This document shows, in pieces, positions 39,201 to 51,932 of a stretch of 64,000 nucleotides of DNA (positions are counted from its first letter, which is position 1; each line of letters opens with the position of its first letter). The notes beneath the pieces are model-generated. The model did no database searches and was not told the origin of the DNA. It saw nothing but the letters and a program-made list of their open reading frames with translations. The position numbers were made by a program, and so were the translations under genes. The stretch comes from Gnetum montanum (Eukaryota; Plantae; Gnetophyta), in the NCBI GenBank assembly GCA_015680685.1, contig MNCI01003412.1:124001-188000 (forward strand). Direction: 5' to 3'.

Positions 39201-40675
39201 GAAAGACTAACAAAGCACCAGATGCATTAAGAAGGGTGGTGAGTAAGCTTAATAACTTGACAATCCAATTAGATTTGCAAGAGTAGATATGAGAGAAACA
39301 ATGCTATGATCCTTGGTGTTAGGCAATGAGGCAACAAATTACCTTGGATGGACCACTCTTTGTGGATAGTCATGGAGTTGTATGGAGGGATGGTCAAGCA
39401 TGTGTTCTAGAAGCTCTTTGAGTTTAGTTGATGGATGAGGCCCACATAAGTAGGTACCAAATGCATCTAGGTAGTCAAAAAATATACCAGAGCTTACAAC
39501 AAACATATTGGTGGCCTGGTATAAATAGGAATGTAGGAGAGTATGTATCTTGTTGTTTAATTTGGTAGCAAGTGAAGATAGAGCATTAGAGACCTAGGTC
39601 ATATTTGCATTCCCATGACATTTCTTAGTGGAAATGGGATGGATTTAATTGTTGGTCTACCATGAGCTTGTAGTGGTCATGATGCTATCTTAGTAGTTGT
39701 TGATTTGTTGACAAAGTCTGCCCATTTCCTTGCCACACGATCATCAGTGAGTGTAGTAGAAATGGCACATCTCTTTCTTGTAGAGATAGTGCGGTTGCAT
39801 GGTGTGCCATGATGGATTTTTAGTGATAGAGATGCTTGAATCATGTCACATTTTGGTAGGAATTTTAGAAGGAGATGGGTACAAAGCTGAATATAAGTTC
39901 AACATATCATCCACAAATTGATGGTCAAATTGAATGGGTAAATCAAATTCTAGAAGACATGTTGAGAGCCTGTGCATTGTAGTATAGAGAAGGTTGGGAT
40001 TGGCTACTACCATTAGCTGAATTTGCATATAATAATAGTTATCAAGAGAGTTTGCAAGCAGTACCATATGAGATTTTATATGGTAGGCCATGTAGAATAC
40101 CTTTATGTTGGGATACCATAGAAGATTGTTAGTAGGTGAGTACCAATTTGGTGAGGTAGACTACAGAGCAGATTCAGGAGATTTAAGATAGATTGAGAGC
40201 TACAAAAGATAGAAAGGTAGCATATGCTAATTGATGTCAAAGGCCACTAGATTTTATAGTCAAAGATCATGTATTCCTTCATGTTTCTCCTTTGAAAGGC
40301 CTTACCTGATTTGGCCAAAAAGGGAAATTGGCTCCTAGATAAATTGGTCCCTTTCAGGTGTTACAATGGATTGGGAAAGTGGCCTATTAGATAGCATTAC
40401 CTCCTAATTTGGCACATGTCCATGATGTCTTTCATGTATCTATGCTACGATGTTATGTGCTTGATGAACAACATGTGATTAGCCATTCAGGAATACAACT
40501 ACAGTAAGATGTTAGTTATGTTGAGCAACCAATAAAGATCATTGATCATATGGTACAATAGCTACGTAGTAAAGTTATTCCTATGGTTAAAATTTTATGG
40601 AGTAGGCATGAAGCTTTGGAAGCTACTTGGGAGGTGGAGACTAAGATGCATGTAGCCCATCTTGAGATCTTCTAG
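36290..40675 (+). pseudogene. gag-pol: Decayed gag-pol with C-terminal chromodomain
   Basis: FLKLGPPKFDG; CFACGKPWHQAQEC; LFDPSASHSFI; VFIDDILVYS; [10 protein letters not shown]; VHDVFHVSML; VKILWSRH...EATWE. Confidence 0.92.
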
Positions 40676-42389
40676 GAGGAAGATTCTCAAGGAGGGGAGA
40701 GTATTACACCCCACCTAGAGCTAGTAGGTATGGTCATCCACTTATGATTTAGACATTACATGTGGAGTCTTGGTGGGTTTTTAGGGATGAGTTAATGTAT
40801 TTTATATGTTATGAGGCTTCATTTTTTTGTTATGATTATGATGTCTTTACATGCTTAACTAACATGATTATGCATACTAGCCCTATGTGATGTGCTAGAC
40901 AAGTGAGGTTGCTAGTAAGAGTGTTGGATTGGGGTACAAGAGCACTGATCCGACATGTTTTTATGATTTATGTGTTATTTTGGTAGGTAGGCATTTGTAC
41001 TATAGCATTATGTTACATGATGTTCGGGTGTGGTTTTGGCATGTAAATGTGTAGCATGTGATAAAGATCTTGTACGTTCAAACAAATTTTGATTTGGAAT
41101 TCCATTATGTTTGTTACATAGGTTTAAAGTTTATAGTATTAGGGGCAGAGATAAAAATAAAACTAACTTATGAAAATATCATTAAAAAAAATTCAAGTTA
41201 AAAAAATAACTAAGGAAAAAAGTAAAACTCATGTAGCATGTTACATGCACCCAATAAACCCAAACAAAGGTTGAATGTATATTATGTTTATTATGTTCAT
41301 TTGTTTCCTTTAGTATTTCCACCACCACGAGTGACACCACCATTTTTTTTGCTATTGCCACAAGTAACGTGGCCTAAATTTTGTTTTTTTTTCATATTTT
41401 AAGATAAAGAGACCACTACCCACCGCCACACTTAGGTTTTTGTTTGTTTTCTTTTATTTTCTTTGTTTCAAAAATAGAAAATGCAAAGGAGTCTATTTTT
41501 TGTAGTTTTTCTTTCTGTTCTCTTCTTTTTCTAGATTCTAAGCCTTGTGGACACTTTTTGCTTGTTCTAAACTTGGATTTGGGATTGCTGCGGTCATATT
41601 TATATGGGTGTAGAACTTGTTAAAAGAAAAATGGAGTCCTATTGGATTTTTAAGGATTTTCTGCTTGTTTCAGCCTTTCTGCCCAAAAAATTTTAATTGG
41701 TGGGTTATCTTTGCCTTTCCCCTATATTTTTATGTTGGATTACTGTATATGATTATACAATGTGGGCATGTGGGATGAATAGATCAAGGGTTGAGCTTGG
41801 ATGTGTTATTTTTTTCCCAAATTTGTCTAATTTGGTTTACGTATTGTGGATGAATATATATATATATGTGCAGTGTATGAGATGATGTGGACTTGTGGAT
41901 TGTGATATGTGATGTTGATGAGCCTCGTATGATATGTTGTTTATGGGGTTTATTGGGCTGCAAGAATTCTTGGGAATTCCAAATATTATTTTATTAACCA
42001 AACTTTGCATGTGCCTAACTTTTCTTCTAGGAGTCCAATTTAGGTAAAATTAGTATCATTGAGATTGTTTTGGAAAGTACTTTCTAATCATGGGATTAGT
42101 TTTCTCTTTGGGAATATTTCGTTTTGAAGGTTATTCTAGCGGTCATTTGTATGGATGTCCATGTCTTTTAAGGAATAGGATATTGCTTGTCATATCGAGG
42201 TCTTCCTATTATTCTATTGCATCATAGTATTATTTTCATGGCATGATTATAACTATTAGGGATGGATCTCTATAGTTGTTTGGTTGGGTGTGTTGTGCTT
42301 ATGACATGTGTTGGATTAAGCTAGCCAGATTGTGTATATGTTTTTACAAGTGTAAAACTGACACATAAAAAGCATAAAAAAAAAGCAAA

Positions 42390-45300
42390 ACTAATCCAAG
42401 AGGATTGTACATCGGACTCTGAGGACAATCTATCAAGGTCCTCCTCTAAGCATTGGAGGATCTTGACCTCTGATAGCCGCATCTAGTCCTTGTGGCCAAA
42501 GTCAACATCTGCAAAGATTTTGTCCTCATCCATGATAGTCCATGCATGAGGTTGCATAGAAAAGGTGGCCATAGAAGTCTTCCCTAAGGGTAGGGTAATC
42601 TCTCGCTCCATGGAGCTACTAACCACTATATGCTAAGCAGATAGCTTGAAGGCCCAACTCTTGCCAATCACCTCAATGAACATCTCAAGGCAATGAGCCT
42701 TCATAGACTTGTCCTTGAGCTACTACAAATAGGCATCCTACTCATGCTTTTAGTGGTGCTTGTGGTCTTTCTACATATGCACCCACTTACACACCTTAGC
42801 AGTAAAGCTCTTCCACTCCTAATTTTTCTGTGAGAGCAGATTCATCTACAACCTTTGCTTGATGATCTCTTGGGTGGCTTTGTTTTTGCCTCAGATTGTG
42901 AACTAGTATCTGGCATAATCTATCTCTGATGTCTGCCAAGTACTATCCCTTTATGCTCGAGCTAACAAGAAATAATAACGGGACTAGAAGTTCTCATTCT
43001 TTTCAGATAGGCTTACCACTGTCTCTTGGAGCTCATGCACACATTTCCATAGGTGCTCATTTGAGTGCTTATAGGTCCACAACACCTTTATACTAAAAAG
43101 TTGCTTAGTCTAGATCCCAATGAAGCTTAGAACCTGTTAGCATACAATGAACAAACCAATATTAGCAACAAACTAAGCATGGAATCGATAAAACTATTTA
43201 AGAAAAATGACATACATACTAAGTTTAGGATCCTCCTACTATATGTGGTCCACCATGTCCTCCACAATGCCTTCCGTGAAGGAAAATTTATTTGGTGTCT
43301 CTACCCATGGCTGCATGTAGTGGATAAGCACTAGTGGTGGATTGTTGGCAGGAAGATCTGAGACTACAATGTAACACAATGAAACACTTAGTGATAAATG
43401 AGTAGTTAAAGGCTTAAGAGCAAAGGGCAAGAGTAGATGGTAACAAAAAGTACTTACCAAGCAAGCCCTCAGATGTTAGTACGGGTGGATCTCCTAGTTG
43501 CACAACATCAAAGAAGTTGGGAAAGTTGTCCTTGGGGTGGAACAATGCCTCTACATCAAAATGTTGGGAGATCTCTAGGGCCTTTGGTGGCTCCTCCATA
43601 TGTGCTATCACCTCTTCTACTTGAGGAGGGGTTGTGTCTATCACCTTCACTCTCATCACCGTTGCTTCCTTAGCAACCCTCTTACTTGACCCACAAACAT
43701 ACCATATCAGTATTAACATAATATAGTAAAGAAAAAAAACATGAGCCAAATGCATCTATGATGTACACTAACCTGAAATCACTAAATAAAGTGTGGGTAT
43801 CTTGAGGTGGACTTTCTTGATGCTTGCTTGTCCAACCATGAGGGGAGTCTCCTCTATTGGGCATGACCTTTCAATTTTTGACTTGGAGGACCCCATCATC
43901 TCCATAATGTATCACTTAACCCTATTCGCATCCCCAACAATAGTTGATAGACACTTGCCTACATTGTCATAGGAATAATGTGACTATGAGCTCCCCAGAT
44001 GTTTCTTTGTCATAACTGAATATGACTCCTCAATCCCCTATGGAGGGTCTTGCACATAAGTGGTGGTGAATAAGTGCTTAACCCATGGCTTGGATAGCTA
44101 CTTGTAATCCTACATGACCCAACATCCACTATCCCTAATCACTAGAAACTCCACAAGCCTTCACAGATAGGCTACAAAGAATGGGAAGTGAAAGTGAGAC
44201 CTTGCATGGATGTTGTAGCGAAGCCTGGTAATCTCTACCTGCAGTCTAATGGTGATAGAGGAGGCCCAATTAAACCTGGTACCCTCCTCTATGACCTCTC
44301 ATATAATTTTCGCCTACTCCACCCCAAGGAATTTTCCTTGAGAGAGCAGCTTAAGAAAGGCATGGGCACAAAAAAGAGGGTAAAGCCTTTGGACCTTAGG
44401 CACAAGCACATTTCCAACCATGATGTCTTTACAAGAGCAAGTGGTTCCTAGCCATTCTTCAATCTCTTTCCTCTGGTCTACCTCTCAGTTGGGTTTGTCA
44501 ATTTTTAACAAGCCCTTAGAGGGAAGGCCAAAGAAGTTAGTGAAGAAAGCATTGCTGAGGTCCAAGACTACCCTCACTCCATGCACATGAGTGACAAAGT
44601 GGTGGGCATTATGGCTGAAGGAGTCAATGATAGTCAAAAGCAATGTTATTATCATGTAATGAATAGGTGAATGAGGATAAGCAATAAAAGGCAAGCTGAC
44701 ATAAAAAACACCCATGTGGAACAAATGGTGTGTGCAATGGAGGTGGTGGTGCAACAAGCTCTGCGAAGATAGGCTTACCACTAGCCCATCCTTCATCTAG
44801 CAAATCATAGATCTAGCACCACTTGAATGCCTTTAGGTACTAGGTGGGGTATTTCTCTAAGTCCTTCTTCACTTGTTCAATAATTGCCTCCCAAAAGCTT
44901 GGACTAGAGGAAAATACCTCTAGTGTGGTACAAGCCAAAGCAAGAGCCCTTGTCTCAGCATGGAGTCCCTCATTATCAACTTTAAACCTAGCATTAGACA
45001 TTCGTAGTTAGCAATTAGCAAATCTAGCATCACCAATAACAATGAGACATAATGAAAAGCAAGAGCACTTACCCTCTAGCACAATATACATTCCTAAGTG
45101 GATTCTAGAAGACTATATGCACATGCATGACAATGAAAAGGGTGTTGCTCTTGTTATAACAAGAGAACTACAACATGCTCAAGATCCTAGCTAAGGGATG
45201 AATGCTCTTGGGACCTAGTCTCAGGCCACTTGCTCGATCACCACTAGTCATGGGCTCATTGGACATGAATCTCAATATGTCTCAGTTGGCCCCAACCAAT

Positions 45301-45531
45301 AATGTCTCGGTGATGGCGCTTGTAGCCTCCATTGCCAAGTGTGACCACATGATCATACTAGAGAATTGTAGCAGGTAAGCTAGGAATTTGGGTGCCCCTT
45401 GCCAAAACCACATTTCCTAATGACCTAACTTCATATTAGGTGTAGGAATGTTGGGCATGGGCTCACTAATGTAGGATAGAATGTCGATGAGCTTCACAAC
45501 CACTAAGATAGGCTTCAGTAGCAGTTTGCAA
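42390..45531 (-). pseudogene. Spliced antisense accessory gene, Transposase_32 (putative plant transposon protein)-like domain plus coiled-coil-like tail
   Basis: Short introns at 44988-45072, 44615-44711, ~43692-43772, 43364-43457 and 43134-43219; motifs FVTHVHGVRVVLDLSNAFFTNFFGLPSKG and GTRFNWASSITIRL...HFPFFVAYL. Confidence 0.7.
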
Positions 45532-47975
45532 CTACAAGACAACAAATGAATGTAGCATTAGCACACAGTAGATTGCATTTTGGCATAAATTATTAACTTA
45601 CACTTAGCAAAAATTAGCAAATTTAGCCCAAAGTGGCATAAGTTAGAAATATGTCCTTAGGGTTCCCCACAGGGCTCTATGAGTATATGACATCAACACA
45701 CATTTGACGCACTTGGTGCTCATTGAGGTATAGCATTAATGTACTATTAGCATTTTACTTCATATTTACATTGTTTGCACTAACTCGATTTGCATGTTCT
45801 AGTGTTCATACATTTAACTTGTAAGATTGGCATTCTGACAAAGCTTTCGTGCATTCAGCATTTTGTTTTGCATGTAGCATTCTTATGCTTGGAATTCTTA
45901 CACTTAGCATTTTTCATGTTTAGCATTCCAGTTTTACACTTAGCAATTTTTTCAAATTTTTTCAATTTTTTTCTAACTCTAGGTAGCATAGAATGGGATT
46001 TGAAAAAAAAAATTCTAATTATTTGCTATGCTTCATAGGGAGTGTAGCTGTCAAAAATTAGCAAATTTTTAAATGAGCAAAAATTAACACAAAAAATTCT
46101 AACTATTGGGAGCATGACACCTCACCACATCTAGAAATTGACCAATTTTGCCAAAGTGTTGGCTACGCTCTCCTGGGAGCATAGCCTTTAGGACCTAAAC
46201 CTCCATCACTATACTACTCCATCATCTTGGGCACCATGCCCCTTTCACCATGTTGTCCAATGTCATTATGTGTTAATGGTGTGTGCTAGGGTGCTTTCCA
46301 TGGCCATGGCCTTGGCGATCCCCCTAGTCCCACTCGCCCACTCACCATGGTGGTTGACCTTGTGGCCACGCTATTGGCCCTTCTCTTCACCCACATGGCC
46401 TTCCCCATGCATTCCTTGTCCCTATGATAGCTAGCCCTTCCTTTCATCCTCATCCTACATTGTCCACATGTCACAAAATTAGTAGTAGTAGAACCCTGTC
46501 CCCTGGGCATGGCTATTGTCAACCATAATGGCTTAACCATTGCCCAAATCCTCCATTCGCCAAACCTTGTTAGCAAAGCTAAAATAAATATATAGGGGAT
46601 ATAACCATGATGCACTCTTGTGTTGCCATCACCCTTACCCACGTGTCAAAAAAGCATAGAAAAAAGAGGGAAAAGGAATAAGGGAGTTCCATAACCCCTC
46701 AAATCCTAGCCATGCATGACCTAGCCAAAAACACAAAGAAACCCCATTTTTGCCACATCTATTGTCCCCCATGTGGTGTAGCTCCTAATGAGGCACAATG
46801 AGAAAATGAACATGTAGGAACTCCTAGTCCACCACTAGGAGAAAACCCTGATTTTCCCCCTCTCCCTCACCCTATGCACCATGTCCCTTAGGAATAAACA
46901 AGAAATGTCTACAATGAACCCTCTTTGCATCACCTAGATGATGCATCAAACCCCTCGTAGCCCTCGTGTTGTCCCTTGTCCCATTCGCTGCAAACACACA
47001 ACTGAAAAAAACATTAACATGGACTCATCACCCACCAACACACTCCCCTCTCATTGTGCCACCCTAGCAATCATGGCGATGGCAGTCCTCACCCAGTAAA
47101 GTCTACCTCCCAACCCTCAAACCCTAATGCAGGCGTGGTAGCAAGTAGAAGTAAAAGAAGAAAAATGGTGTGAAAAGAGGCAACTGTAGCAAGTGTAGCT
47201 GGTGGTTAGTAGCACTCTCCTCTCCTCCACCTACACTCATGGTAAGCATTACAGGGCTTGTCTTCCTTCTTCCACATTGGTAAGTCCAAGGTGTTGATGG
47301 TTACTGTGATATGTCATCCTAGTTCCATGCTTGGGTTCACTTTTCTTGCTACGCTTTGGGCTCCACACCTTACTCTAACTACACTATGCTTTGTGCTCCT
47401 CATTTTCACTTCAGAAAATGATAGTTTACCCTAGGTAAATTGCACATATTTACCTTCCTAGAGTAATTAAATGTGCCACCTACTATTGGTGCTTCCACAC
47501 TTAGGCAAATTTTCTTGAGTTTCTTGAGGAGCATAGCAACAAGGTGAGGATAGCAAGGGGTGAGTGTAGCAACCAGAGTTAGAAATTTTTTTAAACCTTT
47601 TCTAATGATTCCTAGACTTAGAAACCTTTTTGAGATTTTTTTGGTTGCCTAGCGAATGCCTAGCCCAATTCCATGTTCTAGACACTCTTTGCTTAGCTTG
47701 AACCAATGCATCTTGCACAAATGATGATTCACTAAGACCTTAAGCTAGTAAATGATGGTATGCTATGACCTTAAACTATCACACCATGGTTCGTTATGAC
47801 CTTAAATTGGCAACTCCATGGCCTATTGAGGCTCGAAACTGGCTCGCATATTTGCTTTTATAATGTCCACTCTTGCACATTTAGGTAATTATTCATTGCA
47901 TTGCTTTCCTCATTTTATGCATTATAACTCTATTAAGATAGGTGTGTCTTGATGTTCTTTCTAGTCATATTGCAG

Positions 47976-50900
47976 GATATGTTGAAAGATTAAAATATGA
48001 GCACATACAAGCATCTTTATTCACCTTTGATCCTCACTAAACCTCATGGTGACCTCATCCGATGCATCAATGTCCAACACCTAGACCTTGAGCTCACGAG
48101 CCTTGATGACTACGTAACATTTGTTGAAGTACCACTAGATTGGCCTGACCATCTAGTTAGGGCCCTCAATCTAGAGGCAAGTGATGCCACTGAGGATCCC
48201 CTCATCAAATTCCCTATAGCAACACTCAGTGGCAAGGCAAAGACACTATAACTTAGTTCTCTATTAGAGCCTCAGCACACCCAAAGCATCATCAAAGTTC
48301 TTAACAAGAACATCAAGGCATTTGCATGGTCCTACAAGGACATGCTAGGCCTAGATCCTTGCATAGTGTAGCACAACATCATCCTTGATCCTCACATAAA
48401 ACCAGTTAAATAGAAAGCTCGTAAGGTTAGGTCTGAGGTGGCGTTGGTAGTGCACGATGAAATAACCAAGCTTTACAAACATAGTTTCATCTAGGAAGTT
48501 GACTATGCAAACTAGGTTTCCAACATCATGGTTGTGCCTAAGAAAAATGGAAGTAGACGTATTTGCATAGACTTCCAGGACCTAAACATGGTGACCATTA
48601 AAGATAATTTTCCATTGCCTAGTAGTATTGATCAACTAGTCGATACTACGATTGGTCATGCCTTATTGTTCTTCATGGATAGGTTCTTTGGATAGAACTA
48701 GATTTAGATCAATCTAGAGCACCAACTTAGTATGACCTTCATGACCCCCTGGGGTACATTTTTCTATGTAATGATGCCTTTTAGACTAAAGAACGTAGGA
48801 GCAACCTACCAATGCACCATGATGTATATTTTTAGTGACTAGTTAGACTTTCTCAATGACTATCTTGATGACATAGCAGTTAAGCCAAAATCACACATGA
48901 TCATGAAAATGACTTAGATTGTGTACTCAAGCATTGCCTTAGACATGACCTTAGGTTGAATCCTAAGAAGTGTGTCTTTAGAGTCAAAATGGATTGCATG
49001 CTAGGTTTCATGGTATCAAAAGTAGGTATATGCGTAGACCTCAATAAGGTTAAGGCATCATTAACCTAGCATTGTCTAGTGACCTTAAGGAGCTACATGG
49101 GTTATAAGAAAGATTACAATTCATATGTTGGTTTATTGCATGGTTGATTGATAAGGTGTAGCCCATGCAACATCTACTCAAAAAAGGGATCCACTTTGAG
49201 TCGATAGCTTAATGCCAAGAAGCATTTGACAACCTCAAATAGGAGTTAGCTCAACTTCCAACAATCTACCCTCCACAAGATGATAAACCTTTTTACACCT
49301 ACCTTGCAACTTCTGACACATCCATTTCTTCTCTACTTTTCCAAAAGTAAGATGATAGCATAGAAGTCCCCGTATACTACCTAAGCCATGTGTTAGTGGC
49401 TTATGAAGCAAAATAAAATAATTTGAAAATGAATTACCTCATTGTAGTCTTTGTGCTCAAGAAGTGGAGGCATTATGTCTTTTGTAGTCAGGTAAAAATC
49501 ATCTACAAAAGCAATGTACTCCAGGAAATCACAATGAACATTTACAAAAGTAGTCAAATTGCATGGTGGAAAGCAATAACCACAAAGTTTGACTTGCATT
49601 ACATAGCACAAGCATTAACTAAAGGTTAAGAAATATTCATACAACTAATAACTTCACCAATGAATGATCAAGCAATGATAGATCTGGAAGTTCTAGATGA
49701 GCATGTTAGTAGTATAAGCCAAGTGCCTACAAACTTTGAGGCAATCTTACACTTCGATGATGCTTCAACCTCTCAAGGAGGTAGTTTCACTGTCATAATC
49801 ACATTTCCCTCTAGAAAGATCTGATCCTTCACTTATCATTTTGCATTTTGTTGCACTAATAACATAGCAAAGTACAAAGGTATTCTTAGAGGCATCTTAG
49901 TAGCACATGACCTAGGAATCTAAAACATAGTAGTCCAAGTTGATTCATAGTAAGTCATGAACCAAGTTACAGAGTTTTATGCTTGTAAAGCACAACATTT
50001 ACAATCTTATTGTGACTTGGCAAAGCACTTGCTTTGATGGTTTGCAACTGTAGATATCCAACACATTCCCTACAACGAGAACATCATTACCAAAGCATTA
50101 GCTACATTAGCCTTGAGCATTGCACCTAACATGTTTCATGCCTTGCCTACTTTAGTAGTAGAATACACCAAGCCTATCACGCAAGTAATTGACATTGCAT
50201 CCATAGCCACAACAAACACAACACATACACAATAATGGTATGATGACATTAAGGCATAACTTAAATAGGGTGAGCCTCCACAACATCTAATCACTACCTA
50301 AAAGGATGTGATGCAAAAATGGTCGTGGTAGTACATCATTGTGGGTGATAGAATCCTTTGTCATAGATCCTATGATTGCATATTCCTAACTTGCGTTAGT
50401 GACGGTGAAGCATAGATGATCATTGATCAAGTCCATGAGGGACTGTGTGGAGGCCACATAGCACCTAGGGGAATGGCATTGAAAATTAGATGTGTAGGCT
50501 ACTATTGGCCTTACATGGAGTGTGATTGCATCTCCAAGGTCAAGACATGCGAAGTAGGTTAATGGCATGGCAACTTACTGCATGTGCCACTCCATAAAAC
50601 TTCATACCACACAAATCACGTGGTCATTCCAACGTTGGAGGTTGGATATCATAGGGCCCATCATGCCTAAGTCCTCTAAAGGACATAGCTTCATCATAAC
50701 CACAACCAAATATTTTACCAAATGGGTTGAAGCTATTTCCCTTAGGAAGACAACATCGCAACAGGTTTACAAATTCATCATGGATAATATAGTGTTGATT
50801 TGGTCTACCCATGACCATTGTCATGGATAATGGGCCATAGTTTAGTAGTGCAAAGACCAAAGCCTTCTGTGAATACCTCAACATCAAGCATTCCTTCTCA

Positions 50901-51464
50901 TTTCCATACTACTCATAGGTGAATGGCTAGGAAAAGGCCATAAACAAGATCATTGTCAACCTTCTGAAGAAGATGCTTAGCAATGACAAACAATGATAGC
51001 ATGAGTAGCTAGTCTATGCATTGTGGGCTTACCACACAACATGTAGAACAACAATAGGTAAGATGCCATATAGCCTTGAAGCCATTCTACCTCTTGAATT
51101 GCAAGTCCCATCGCTCCATGTGATCCTCTTGAGCTTCATTGATGAGGCTCAGAATAACAAGTTGAGAACCATTAACATTGACTCTATAGAGGAGGAGTGC
51201 ATGTAGATGCTTGATTGCATCAAATCGTACCAAGAAAAGTAATGGCAAAAGCACTACCACAATCAACATCAATGCCCAATTAAGAGAGGGGACTTAGTCC
51301 TCAAGGACATTCGTAAACCTACAAACAAATTCTTAGCAAACTGGGAAGGGTATTTCTTGGTCACCAAGGCTTATGACAATAGAGCATTCAAGCTTGCTAA
51401 TCTAGATGACAATGAATTTGCCAATCTGGTCAACCATTCCTACCTAAAACCTTACTATGCTTAA
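47976..51464 (+). pseudogene. pol: Decayed pol without gag/PR: RT ~48300-49050, RH ~49290-49630, aRH ~49740-50115, INT ~50400-51464
   Basis: AFAWSYKDMLGLDP; RICIDFQDLN; DYLDDIAVK; LHFDDAS...TNNIAKY...VDS; WSFQRWRLDIIGP; YLKPYYA*. Confidence 0.9.
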
Positions 51465-51509
51465 TATGCATCACCACATTAGTAAAAGCAAGGTGAGTTG
51501 AGCATCTTC

Positions 51510-51830
51510 TATGACATTAAATTGGCATAGATTATCCTTGGGCTATGATGTTAAAGTGGCATCCATAGTACACTCGTTTGCTATGACATTAAACTAGCAC
51601 AGAAAGTTCACTCTGACTATAAACTAGCACAACTCATCCTTGCATCATGACATTAAACTAGCACAACATCCACCATTAGCTACAACATTAAACTAGCACA
51701 CAACAGTCTATTAGGACTATAAAATAGTGCATCATGATTTTTTAGGACCTTAAACTGGGTTCATAGTCTAGTAGGACCTTAAACTAGCACAACATGCAAT
51801 CTACCAAGACCTTAAATTAGGTTCAAAATT
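51510..51830 (+). repeat. Degenerate tandem array with core GAC(A/C)TTAAACTAGCAC
   Basis: About 10 cores at ~25-40 bp spacing between INT and the PPT. Confidence 0.8.
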
Positions 51831-51932
51831 TAGCATGCATAGCTCAACATGAATATTTCTACTAACAAGTGAGTGTGAATACTTCTAATCCTCCATCATC
51901 TACCCATGCCTCATGGGCAAGGTGGGGTAGGA

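Noticed and set aside
51510-51830. CRISPR-like repeat-spacer array
   Set aside because: Degenerate cores, irregular and mutually similar spacers, eukaryotic retrotransposon 3' UTR context and no cas genes
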